Assembly (NCBI GenBank): GCA_032718475.1
Contig: JAUCBJ010000837.1
Location: forward strand, 1 to 64,000
From: Nemertoderma westbladi
Lineage: Eukaryota > Animalia > Xenacoelomorpha
DNA length: 64,000 nt
Reading direction: 5' to 3'
Positions 25,401 to 36,577 of this stretch are shown here, one piece after another; position 1 is the first letter of the stretch, and each line of letters begins with the position of its first letter. Under the pieces are notes generated by a model, which saw nothing but the letters and a program-made list of their open reading frames with translations, ran no database searches and was not told the origin of the DNA. The position numbers and the translations under genes are program-made.

Positions 25401-28400
25401 AGCAGTCCAGAGAAAAGACACCGGAAAATAAGGTAAGTGAGAAACCCGTTTCTAGGAGAAAGGTAACCCCAGTGTGTTATACCGACGACGGCGAAAGCCA
25501 GGCTTCTCAAGGAGAGGACAGCGGGAAAAACACTGAAAGATCTTATTATGTCAACAAAACGCCCAAAGACGTAAGTAAATTCAGGTCTCGAACTAATGAC
25601 AGGAGAGAACAGGTAAGAAAAACTCCTCCTCCGTCTCCTAAAAGAATTCAGGTAAGAAAGCCCGAAGAAAGAACGAGTGTGCACAATGTTATTCAAAATA
25701 AGGTAAGTAACATCAAACCGAAATGTGCGTTGTGTGACGGGCCCCACCGTTTGAATGTGTGTGATGAATTCCTAAAGAAATCATTAACGGATAGACGGGA
25801 AGTCATGTGGGATAAGCGGTTGTGTTATAATTGCCTCAGACAAGGACACCAACGGCGAACCTGTTACTCCGACTCAAGGTGTGCAAAGTGCGGTGCGAAA
25901 CATCATATCTTGTTGCACACTGAATTCGAACGAAACAGCCCGAGTCAGGTAAGTGATTCCGAACTGCATGTCCAATTCAGTGATGTGAACGACACTGACC
26001 AAAGTTCTGAGATGGAAGGATTCTATACGGAGGAATTCTCCGACGAAGACGAATCCTGTTACATGATAAATACCGCAGTGTATCGAGCACTTACGTATGA
26101 AAAGGACACCGACAGCGAGCTCACCCTAACTACTTCTGACCGACCACCATCTTGGAAAGCACCAACTTCCAATGTAGGAATCCGAGAATTTCCTGTAGTA
26201 CAACTAAGGGTCCACGGACCTACAAGGAGTTATATAGTGAACGCCCTCCTTGATTCCGGTAGCACAGGAACATTCATCGACAAAGAACTAGCCGAAGACA
26301 TCTTTGCTGGACAACCCAAGATCCGAACTAAGCTAAACATTTCAGGAATTATGCAGGTTTGGAAATCTACAGTAATAGCGGATTATTATGTAGGTGCATT
26401 GTCCACCCCCCAGGATGAACTAGGAGAACATAGCATAAGGTCAGTAAAATTGGTGGCGATAAAGAACTTCGCTACCAGCCAAGTGGAACCTTATAACTGG
26501 GATGAGGACGATTTCACCCAGCAGCTTGATATACCTAGATTCAACACCGATTACCCTGGAGTGCAAATACTCATCGGTCAAAATGCGCATGAGGCGCTCG
26601 AGACATTGGAGAAACGGCCTGCTCAACCGCAACCACTATAAGCCTATGCGGGAAGAACTAGAGTGGGTTGGTACTTTACTGGCCCTTCCCGTAGAACTCT
26701 CATGGAAAGATTACCGAAAGATCAGGTATATCAAGTAAGAGAATGGGAGGTTGAGAGCAGTGAGTTAGACGATCCAACTGAGGAAACACCATACTCCTTA
26801 GATAATGTCGATGTCCACCAACTCTTCGACGAGGAGAATACCATTGATCTCCTTAAGGAAAACGAGACTTGGCAAAACCAAGTGAACTTATGTCAGCACC
26901 TTCGTCCATTAGACCGAGACGAATATAACGACGAACTGAATGACGTCATTGAACGTTATAATGCCAAGACTCGGGATGAAAACGCCGTACGATTCTTTAC
27001 TCAAGAGGCTGTAGAGCCCAATTCCTACGATAAGGCCCTATCGGTAGAAGAAGAAAGAGCCAAGCAGATCCAAGAGACAACTACACGTTTTCTTAAAGAT
27101 CAAGGTAGATATGAAATCGGTCTACCTTTCCGAAAGCGAGAACCAAAGTTCATAAACAACAGACCCTTGGCGGAGAAAAGAATTGCTCAACTACATCGAC
27201 GCCTTACGGCAAACTCTTCAGCTAAAGAAATGTATCAACCGCAGTTGAAGAAATTTATTAGCAAGGGATATGCGGAGTGAGTGCCGGAAGAAACACCTAC
27301 AACTGAGAGAACGTATTATTTAACTCACCATTACGTTCCCAAACCCGGTAAACCCCATGAGGTACGAGTGGTGTTTGATGGCTCCGCCCTCTATATGGGC
27401 CAATCCCTTAATTCTGAATTGTTACCCGGACCCAACTTACTCCAATCCTTGTTGGGAATACTCTTAAGATTAAGACAATATTCAATCGCTTTTGCCTCAG
27501 ATATAGAAGGCATGTTCTTACAAGTCAAGGCGCTGGATAGGGATCGAGATAGCCTACGATTTCTGTGGTGGCCTGAAGGAGACCTCAACCAGAAACCGGT
27601 GGAGTACTGGATGACCATCCAGGCTTTTGGGATAATCTCAAGCCCTTCAAACGCCTGTTCAGCTGTGCGTACCACTGCGGATGACAACCGAGAAGCCTTC
27701 TCTAAAGAGGTGATTGACAACATCAAACGGGATATATACATGGACGATAATCTAAAGTCCCTTCCATCAGTCGAAGAAGCCATTGACGTCGCTAAAGGAA
27801 CGGTAGAGTGCTTAAAAAGAGGTGGATTTCGATTAACTAAATTCACCAGCAACTCCCGTGAGTTTCTGGAGTCGATCCCAGTAGAAGGTAGAGGAGCGAA
27901 AGACCTGGATCTAATCAAAGATGATCTTCCAGAAACCAAGACACTTGGTTTGAAATGGGACACAGAGAGAGATATCCTGTTTTTCCAGCTAAAACAGCAA
28001 GATAATCCAGTTCGTACTAAACGGATTTGTTTAAGTATCCTGAGCACTTATTTCGATCCATTGGGATTTATTAGCCCAGTTATATTGATTGCTCGGAGTT
28101 TAGTACAACAAATGTGGCTTGAAAACCACTCATGGGACGATCCACTTAAGGGAGAATTATTAAAGAAGTGGATGAAATGGGAAGATTCTCTACCAGCCAT
28201 CGAGAACTTTATAATTTCTCGTTCATATTTTGGTCATGTTCTCCCTACGTATTCCTATCAACTCCATGTGTTTGGAGACGCCAGCGATATGGGAATAGGT
28301 ATAGTAGCCTACCTAAGGGTGGAAACTCCGGACGGAATCAAAGTCGCCTTGGTTACCTCTAAGGCATTGATAAACAATAAGTTGAAAGTTCCTCGAGTGG

Positions 28401-30622
28401 AGTTAAAAGCGGCTCTATACGCTACAGCCATCGGCCGGAATGTAACAGAACAGATCGACTATCCACTGGAGAAAACTGTCTATTGGACCGACGCTTTACT
28501 CGTGTTGGAGTATATAACCAATGAAGTCTGTCAGTTCAGCGTCTTCGTTACCAACAGAGTAGCCATTATACTCAGTCGCACAACGATGGATCAATGGAGA
28601 CATTGCCCCGGAACGATTAATCCAGCAGACATCGCCTCCAGGGGAGCAACTCCACAAGAACTGGTAGATACTCCAGACTGGTTAGGTGGACCCGACTTCC
28701 TCTACAAAGAAGAAGAAGAATGGCCTCCTCATCTTACTACCACAGAGATTAGACAGGCCAAGGGAGCGGAGAAAGTCAAACCTAAAACTCGGGCGAGTAA
28801 ATCGAAGTTATTCAAACCTATGGCAGATCTGTCTGTACTACATACTTCCGGAGACGACGCTTTGGATCACAAACCCACAGCCACAAATAAACTTGTTGTG
28901 GAAATCAGTGAGAAGGATTGGAAATCTGGAATACCAGACGTCTCGCAAGGACTCTCACCTCTTCTGCAGAGAGCGATATATCACTACAGTTCCTGGAATC
29001 GGCTCTGTAAGGCCGTTACATATTTAAAGAGATGTTTTCACCATCACTACTCCGGGATGAAGACCAAAAGTGATACCGCTCCAATAACATCGGTGCAGGT
29101 CCATGTTATTAAAGATCTTCCCAAATATAAGATATCCGACAGGTTTCTGAAGGAGAAGATCAGTTATCAGGAGCGTGAAGAAACCAACAAGCAGATGCTG
29201 AGACTCCTGCAATGCTATGAGGATTCCGATAAGTATTTCCTGTTGTTGAGAAATCCGCAGATGCGCTTAAGGGATCGTTTCTCTAGCACAATGATAGATG
29301 GGTTGATACGTGTTGGAGGAAGATTAACGAATGCTCCATTATCCTTTGACACTAAGTTTCCCATACTCATTAGAAATCTTGAAATACAAGTCAAGATGAT
29401 TGTAGATGTTCACTGCAAACTTTATCATGCTGGTAGAGAACGAGTTCTTAGCGAAATTCGAACTCGCTATTATTTTTATAAACCCCGTAGAGCTCTGAAC
29501 CAAGTTCTTAGGAACTGCATACCCTGTAGGAAAGCATTCAGTAGGCCTTTAACACAGCGAGAGGCAGAATTACCTAGGGAACGAGTAAGCTTCTATGAAC
29601 CACCCTTTACTAATACCGGTGTGGATTTATTTGGCCCTATTGAAGTATATCGTGCTAGGACTATAGTCAAGAGATGGTGTGTCATCTTTGTTTGTATGAC
29701 TTGTAGAGCTATCCATCTCGATATGGTGAACGATTTATCTACCAACAGCTTTCTATTAAGCTTACGACGACAGATCGCTCGCTTTGGCACTAGTAACACG
29801 ATGAGATCTGATAAGGGAACAAACTTCATTGGTGCCAACAATGAAATCAAAGCTTACGTCAAAGATTGGAACCAAAGACAGGTGGACGATCAGCTACGAG
29901 TAACAGCGTCTAGCTGGACCTTCAACGCCGCCGACGCCCCTTGGTGGGGAGGAAGTTGGGAGAGATTAATAAGAAGTGTAAAGACAGCATTTCACTTTAT
30001 AGTGCCTTGCCGCGCGTATCTCACCGACGAACTTTTGCGGATGTTAATGGAGGAAATTGCCGCCTATCTCAACGAGAGACCGCTTATGCCAGTCTCATCG
30101 AGTCCCGATTCCCTGGAAGCGCTAACACCCGCGCACTTCCTACTGAAGAAACCTGTAGCCATGCTCCCACAATCGGAAATCACAGACGGAGACGAATACT
30201 GCCGGCAAACTTGGCAACTCATGCAGTTGTTATCCCGTCGTTTCGCTGACCATTTCGAAAAACATTATCTGCCCACGCTACAACTTCGAACTAAGTGGTT
30301 TGCGCAGCAAGAAAACGTCAGCGCTGGAGACATGGTTCTTATTGTGGATGTAGATCTTCCACGTAAGCGGTGGCAGACAGGTCGTATCATCGAGACTCAC
30401 ATCTCGGATGACGGTTTGGTGCGATCGGTAGAACTCGTCGTCATGCGACGTAACTTCAAGAAACCGGGAATTGTCTTCGAGACACAGCAGCTCAATCGCC
30501 CAGTTGGTCGCTTATGTTTACTGGAAAGAGACAGAGAACTCTCCGGAAACTATGGAAGGCAAGATACTCTTCCCACGACCACCTCCCTAATCCAACAAAC
30601 ATCTAGGGACTCCCCCACTTAA
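22472..30622 (+). pseudogene. gag-pol: BEL/Pao gag-pol polyprotein (about 2716 codons, one frame, 4 in-frame stops)
   Basis: ORFs at 22472, 23258, 23912, 26663 and 27281 share one frame. Domains: DUF1759-like KFNGD, three Cys/His knuckles, protease LLDSGS, RT RVVFDGS/YMDD, RNase H LHVFGDAS, integrase HHCC/GVDLFGP/SDKGTNF/PWWGGSWE. Stops at 23162, 23891, 26639 and 27278. Confidence 0.96.
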
Positions 30623-31167
30623 CAACGGCTGGAGTGGGTGTATGACTATATTTTATATTTGTTTTTATTCTTTTATATTTATGTATATATTATTATGTAA
30701 TTTTATTATAATCGTTTTCTTTAATTTTACTTAGTAGAATGTTATTTTAGCGATTATTTAGTAGATTAGTGCAATATATATTCGCGTTTATTACTTAATT
30801 ACTTATATATTATATATTTAGTGCGACGGCGAGAAATAATTCTTTTTCTCCTTCCTTACTGTCCGTATTACATTACAAATACGTAACTACAGTAAGATGA
30901 AATGTCCGTACTTATTAAAGTACAATAAAGCTCCTACTATATTTAAGTATTATTGGTAAGCAGAGTATTAGGAATGCAAAAATCAGATCCTCGTGTCTCG
31001 GCTAAACCAAGCTCTGGGTAGACCTTGGAAACGACTTGCCTCTTCTCACTGACATTGCTTCGTGCGATATTGCTCTCATACCGTATATTAAATAATACAT
31101 ATAGTAGCGTGATGTCCCTTTAACAGTAGCGTACAACGCAAATAAATCTGTTAAACCCTTTGACCAT

Positions 31168-31450
31168 CTGAAATTCTAGTCGATTAAGATATCGCGGCAC
31201 CCACCGATATACTTGAAAGACAGAATTCTAGAATCAGTGGTTAACGTCCCCAGACAAGTTCTGGAATAAACTTGTGCCCATCCTAAATATTAATTATTAA
31301 TATTTACAAAATCTGTCGAATTTTGGATCTTTAAAATTCTAGTCGATTAAGATATCGTAGCACTTACCGATACTCTTAAAAAGACAAAATTCCTAGAATC
31401 AAGGATCCCAGTCCCCAGACACGTTCTGGAATAAAATTGTGTCTATTTAA
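31168..31450 (+). repeat. About 165-bp duplication in the noncoding spacer between pol and the accessory ORFs
   Basis: aaattctagtcgattaagatatcg...ctagaatca...tccccagaca.gttctggaataaa occurs twice. Confidence 0.8.
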
Positions 31451-32255
31451 CATTAAATAATAAAATTTACGGGAATAAATTTAAATTCATATATTTTAAT
31501 GAATTTAATAAATTGTCATTTTATACAATTTATAACATTCCCAAAATTCCATTAATTAATAGATCATGGGAGCGGAGATTCACACTATTAAGTGTATTTG
31601 TGTGCGAGAATCTCCAATATATAGTCAATAGCCGATAAAATTCATAAAATCATGTATAGAGAGGATATTGACAATTAAAGAATTACTATTAAATAGCATC
31701 CCAGATCTGTATGCATGAGAATTACCCTAATTCTACTGCTAGCTTTCCATAATGTCACCATGGCAACAACCACGCTAGAAATAGAAGTGAGTTAAAAGAA
31801 CAATAGAAAGCTTGCCCCATTGAATAGCATAGGGAATAAATAGCGCACTGCTAGTATCCAAGGATACATAATAAATAAAGTGACATTCTGGAAGGTACTG
31901 ACTAACGGACAAATGGCCCGAATGTGTACAGTTTGTGGCAGTTGTGTTGAATTTGTGCGTTCATAGGTGAATGTTACTGCTAAAGTGTGTTTACAGTAGC
32001 TAGTCGCAATTGTGAAAGTAGCCCTAACTCTCCAGAAAGAACCTGAAGTACATCTAAGCCTTTGGGACGGACAGTGGAGTGACTTGTGCCGGTTATCGTT
32101 GTCGTTGTGTAGCTACATCGTTGGCAAAAGCACAGCGACGACGGTACATCGGCGCTGATGATCTTGCACTGTCCGGGGGCAAAAGAGGGGTAGGCAGCGA
32201 CGCCCGCTAGCCTAATATATAAACTCATTATAATATTGATAAACTCATAGCAGAT

Positions 32256-34272
32256 ATGACTGAGTTGATAGAAGATGATCTTGGTATCAGGGAGCGATAT
32301 ACTCTACCTTTACAAGCGTTTGTCGATAGCTTGATACGCGGCGACGCTGGTCCAACTACTACGGAGGATGATGGTCGTTATATCGAACCGCCAATGTCCC
32401 AGGAGCAACTTACGCGTGAATTGGACTATCGAAAGTTCACCGCTCGCTATACGCATCGTAATGGTACGTATATGGACTTCTTAACTACTGGCCATCCTAT
32501 CGATTTACACGATACGGACGACGTAGACACCGAAAGGGAAATGGTTTTATTTAAATATCATACCCAGCGGAGTCGGAACGATAAACCGAGAATAGAACAC
32601 GAGAACTCTATTCGAAACAGACTCGAAAGGGAAGACGTTGAAGAGCCGGATAAACACAGCGACTTCAACGATTATCTGGAATTCCTGAGAGAGACATATC
32701 TCAATATTGCCAGCCAACAAAATCTCGAAACTCGATATCATCAAGGTATACATCATGATCCTATGATAGAACTCAAACGACTCTATTTCACTATGATGTA
32801 TCTTACCGCCGATCGACCACTCTACCTGTCGTCCCAGATAGCTTCGAACAGATGGAGGAATATTGTAAAACTGGAGAACGATCACCCGCGTTTCCCCTGC
32901 AGGACGTGCGTCTTTGGTATTACTGCGACGAATACCCTAGACCCAATCAGCAAATGGAAAGACATAAACATCCGCGGAGACGTTGCGCTAAACACAGTTT
33001 TACACGATATACTTATGGGAGTTTCGAGCGAAACCTATTCGACGTATCACCTACGACGATCATCACAAACGATCCTTGAATAAACCAATGATCAGAGTTC
33101 CGGAATACTCGGTCAGACCTCCTCATTCCTCAGTTAGACCTCAGACTCTTGATCCTAATAGTATCACGGATCCTCCCGAACTGTACTCACTGTTCAAAGA
33201 TCTAGTGTTACCCGAACAGTTGATCGGTGGCACTCCGGTAGTAGGCTCACTAGATATTCGCCAACCCTACCTAGCTGGATTGGGACGCGGTCATCTAATA
33301 TCGCCGTTTAACCCATACAACCGTCCCGGCTTCACCTCGATCCAACCCGTTACGGAAGTCGAAGAGAGCGTCGTACGAAACGCGTTAGACGCTATTCGGC
33401 AGAAAATCGGAAAGGGAACTTACGATTGTTTGGAGAAATGTAAATTGCAACAACAAGTCCAAGCGGTGAAGGAATTAGTTTTACCCCAGTTCGATAGAGA
33501 AATACAAAATCTCGAGGAGGACATCGAACGTGGACGAACCTACTCTTTACAAGAGTTCCTAGATGAGCGTCTACAACAACAAGCGGAGGAAAATCAGCTC
33601 GAGGAGAGACATATAGAACTAGATGAGAGAGAAGAAGCAGGTTTAGCTCAACCCGAAGCTCAAATCCTTATGACAGATCTCTACTCTAAAACCATCCTTC
33701 ATCCGTCGATGGTTCCCCATTTCGGAGACAAACTCTTTGCGACGGTACAACCCCAACCGGTTGATATCAACCTAAGATCTCGAGATCTTATCGCTGACGC
33801 TCCCATGTTGCAACGTCCGCCCATCGAAGCCGCTCGTGTCAATGGTATAATCGTTGAACCTCTGGACAATAGAGCAGATCTTGTCCGTCGCATGGTACAC
33901 GATGTAAACATACGCGCTAGACCTTTACCGGACTCGTTTTATGGGATCAAAGATCACCCTTATTACATCAATCTAACACAATATTACATGGTAAAACCAG
34001 AAGATCCTACACATAGTCTGAAGTTTCTACCACTCATAAATCCTCTCGATCTTGTCGAACTCGAACAACTGCAGAAACATCTGGATCAGTTAGTTAAAAT
34101 AAACTCATTTCGAAAACCATATAATGTTTCCAGAATAGAGAAAGAAACAATACCTCCGTATAATCTTGATGGATTCATCAAAACTCGATTAGTACACTGG
34201 AATCTTCGAGGAGGAAAGAATACAACGATATGGAGATGTGGAAACATATACCACACAATATTTAAAGTATAG
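32256..34272 (+). CDS. Accessory ORFs of unknown function (overlapping frames 32256-33083, 32852-33079, 33076-34272), probably the frameshifted N-terminal part of one protein
   Basis: Long open frames with an acidic coiled-coil-like segment. Many synonymous differences versus the diverged copy at 1-965. Confidence 0.7.
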
Positions 34273-36499
34273 AGATCTACCTAATGCAAGCGAATGCGCT
34301 ACCTTGTGGCATCCAGTGGGCATGACCCTCGAAAACGCCACTAAAGAGTGGAACGAAACTCTTAACGTTATCGAGATGTATGGAGTTGTCACTTACGATA
34401 ACGAAGGTAGCGTTCCGGTTGGAGAACAGGGAACTACGCGGATGATACACATACGAGGACTCGCTGGTTCTACCCACGTATTTACTCGAGCGTGTTCCGA
34501 TGTGATTGATTATTCTTTTGAAACTCTTACTGAGACACAAAAGAAACTCCGACATGGACAATTCGAACTCGCGCAGCGTTACGTCACCGACACCGAGCGC
34601 AAACCGGCCATGGGTATCGATGGATCGATGTTACCCCAGCCCGTGCTCGAGATGTTGTTTAACGAAAGAATCCTTAAAATCGGCTCAGCTGTTTATGGAG
34701 ACCTACAAAACGACTTTCGGAATATGGAGAACATTCCATACCCTTTCGTTGATACTCAGCTGATTGCTCCCTGGGCAGAAGGCCGAGGTTTCTTCCGCAC
34801 TATGTATGCCAATACACCCAGCGGCATTACTAAAGTACAACGAACCTCCATCGGACATCTTGCCTTTCAAGAATACGGATGGAATTTCAAGGTTGGAAAT
34901 CCTATCAATTACCAACAAGTATATGGAGATCATTATTCTCGTTTATACTTTGATGGACCATTGACCGCACCTGGCGCCGTGTATAGCTTTATGAGTGTTC
35001 CACTTCGTCCCTCCTTAGCTATATACACGATCTTTGAAAACGCAGCACTTGCCGGTTGGCTAGCCGATGTGTGCAGTCGTACCATACGCGCCCATCCCTT
35101 AATACTTGGAACCAAACTCGCCAAGTTAGATGAACACAATAAATTCATCCGCTTCGAATGTTTCAGGCGCTTTCTGACTCCGTTCCGTAACGTTGATAGT
35201 CAGTTCAAGGACCGCGCTCTGACCAAACTCAGCCTAAGAGACTCAGCTGCGGAGAAGCTAAACAGCGCGGGATTTGCCCTCTTTCAGGACGTTTGTATAC
35301 AGAACTTACATTCATCTGTTATACAAAGACCCCGAATACCCACGGGTTATTCTGTCGTGGAAGTTCAGACAGTGGGTCCGCTTGCGGAGACAGCCGCACC
35401 TACCTCAGCTATGCAATTCGAAGACGAACCAATATGCTTAGAATCTGAAGCGATCCAGCCTACAGCGCCCCGGAGCAGTGATAACGATTACGTCTTGGAG
35501 TGGTATCAAGGTCCACAATGTCTCACCGCATACGATTATCGACACGCCAACTATGTTTCTCGAAAACGTTGTCGATTATGCGCATCGAGAGACCATTTCA
35601 CCCCTATGGACTCAGACGTACCCTGCTCCTATTTCCACGAACAACCGATGATGGAGATCTATTGTGCGTATTGCAGACTTAATAACTCGCATATTTTTGC
35701 AGTCTGCCCCCAATTTATGACCCAATGCCACCACTGTCAACTTAAAGGACATGCCAGTTATAATTGCCCCTTTAACTGCGATTTAGAAAGCGTAGATGAG
35801 ATGATTACCCTGCGCTACATCCGAGCTTGGGAAGCGAACGCGGATTTACATTGTGAGTCCTGCCATCGCTACTATCCTGGACGCTCTTACGAGGGAGTTT
35901 ACGCGTTCCATCCTTATTTATTCGCGTCTGTGGAACAAAAAACACGCACACCGAGTTACGAACTAATGAAGCGTGTTGGTGAGTGTATTTCCACCAAATT
36001 TGTTCGAAAATATCTTAGGAACGTCAATCCTAACGATATTACTTCATACCATTTGATCAATTTCATCCGTCAAGACCCTGAGTATGGCGATTTATTTATC
36101 AACTCGCACCCTGAGTTACAGGAAGTATCTCGACGGCCCTACGAATATCGCGCCAGAGAACGCGAGCTGGAAAGAACCATTAAACCGAGGAAGTTTCTCA
36201 CCACTCACGGTCCACCTACCGCCATTGTCCAGACGACCCGTCAAGGACCCGTAGGAGCTGCTGTCCTAAGACGCGCCCTAAAGGCCGTTAGACCTCGCTC
36301 CACTGAAGTTGATATCGATCAACCAGGTACCTCGACCGGCGGATACACCGATCGTAATCCTAAACCTTCTGATGCAATTGTATTGCACCCTTCACCCAGG
36401 AGTTACAGCCCTCCTAGTAAAGTGGCTCGCCCCAAAGAGAAAAGGACTCTTGCTAGCCTCAAAAAACTGCGTAAACGCCGTCCGCGTAAGAAAGACTAA
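34238..36499 (+). CDS. DEDDy (RNase D/WRN/EXD-like) 3'-5' exonuclease plus CCHC zinc knuckles and a basic C-terminal tail
   Basis: ExoI VVTYDNEG (D54/E56), LPQPVLEMLFNERILKIGSAVYGDL (D155), FVDTQ, SIGHLA...G, PL...IYTIFE (Y263/E267). Knuckles CAYC-x5-H-x4-C and CHHC-x4-H-x4-C. Tail KKLRKRRPRKK. Confidence 0.78.
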   Translation: METYTTQYLKYRDLPNASECATLWHPVGMTLENATKEWNETLNVIEMYGVVTYDNEGSVPVGEQGTTRMIHIRGLAGSTHVFTRACSDVIDYSFETLTETQKKLRHGQFELAQRYVTDTERKPAMGIDGSMLPQPVLEMLFNERILKIGSAVYGDLQNDFRNMENIPYPFVDTQLIAPWAEGRGFFRTMYANTPSGITKVQRTSIGHLAFQEYGWNFKVGNPINYQQVYGDHYSRLYFDGPLTAPGAVYSFMSVPLRPSLAIYTIFENAALAGWLADVCSRTIRAHPLILGTKLAKLDEHNKFIRFECFRRFLTPFRNVDSQFKDRALTKLSLRDSAAEKLNSAGFALFQDVCIQNLHSSVIQRPRIPTGYSVVEVQTVGPLAETAAPTSAMQFEDEPICLESEAIQPTAPRSSDNDYVLEWYQGPQCLTAYDYRHANYVSRKRCRLCASRDHFTPMDSDVPCSYFHEQPMMEIYCAYCRLNNSHIFAVCPQFMTQCHHCQLKGHASYNCPFNCDLESVDEMITLRYIRAWEANADLHCESCHRYYPGRSYEGVYAFHPYLFASVEQKTRTPSYELMKRVGECISTKFVRKYLRNVNPNDITSYHLINFIRQDPEYGDLFINSHPELQEVSRRPYEYRARERELERTIKPRKFLTTHGPPTAIVQTTRQGPVGAAVLRRALKAVRPRSTEVDIDQPGTSTGGYTDRNPKPSDAIVLHPSPRSYSPPSKVARPKEKRTLASLKKLRKRRPRKKD

Positions 36500-36567
36500 C
36501 TGTTTAGAGTATTTTTATATTTTAGAAACTGTGATTTGTTATATTTTATAGACTTAAATCCCATTTT

Positions 36568-36577
36568 CTGGGAGCGG
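36568..36577 (+). promoter_or_regulatory. Polypurine tract
   Basis: ctgggagcgg lies immediately before the 3' LTR and is identical at 1201-1210. Confidence 0.85.

Noticed and set aside
23452-29850. Antisense ORFs within gag-pol (e.g. 23452-23865, 27391-28047)
   Set aside because: Shadow frames of the coding strand with no recognisable motifs.
32256-36499. env gene
   Set aside because: No signal peptide, fusion peptide or transmembrane anchor is evident; the motifs indicate a nuclease and zinc knuckles.
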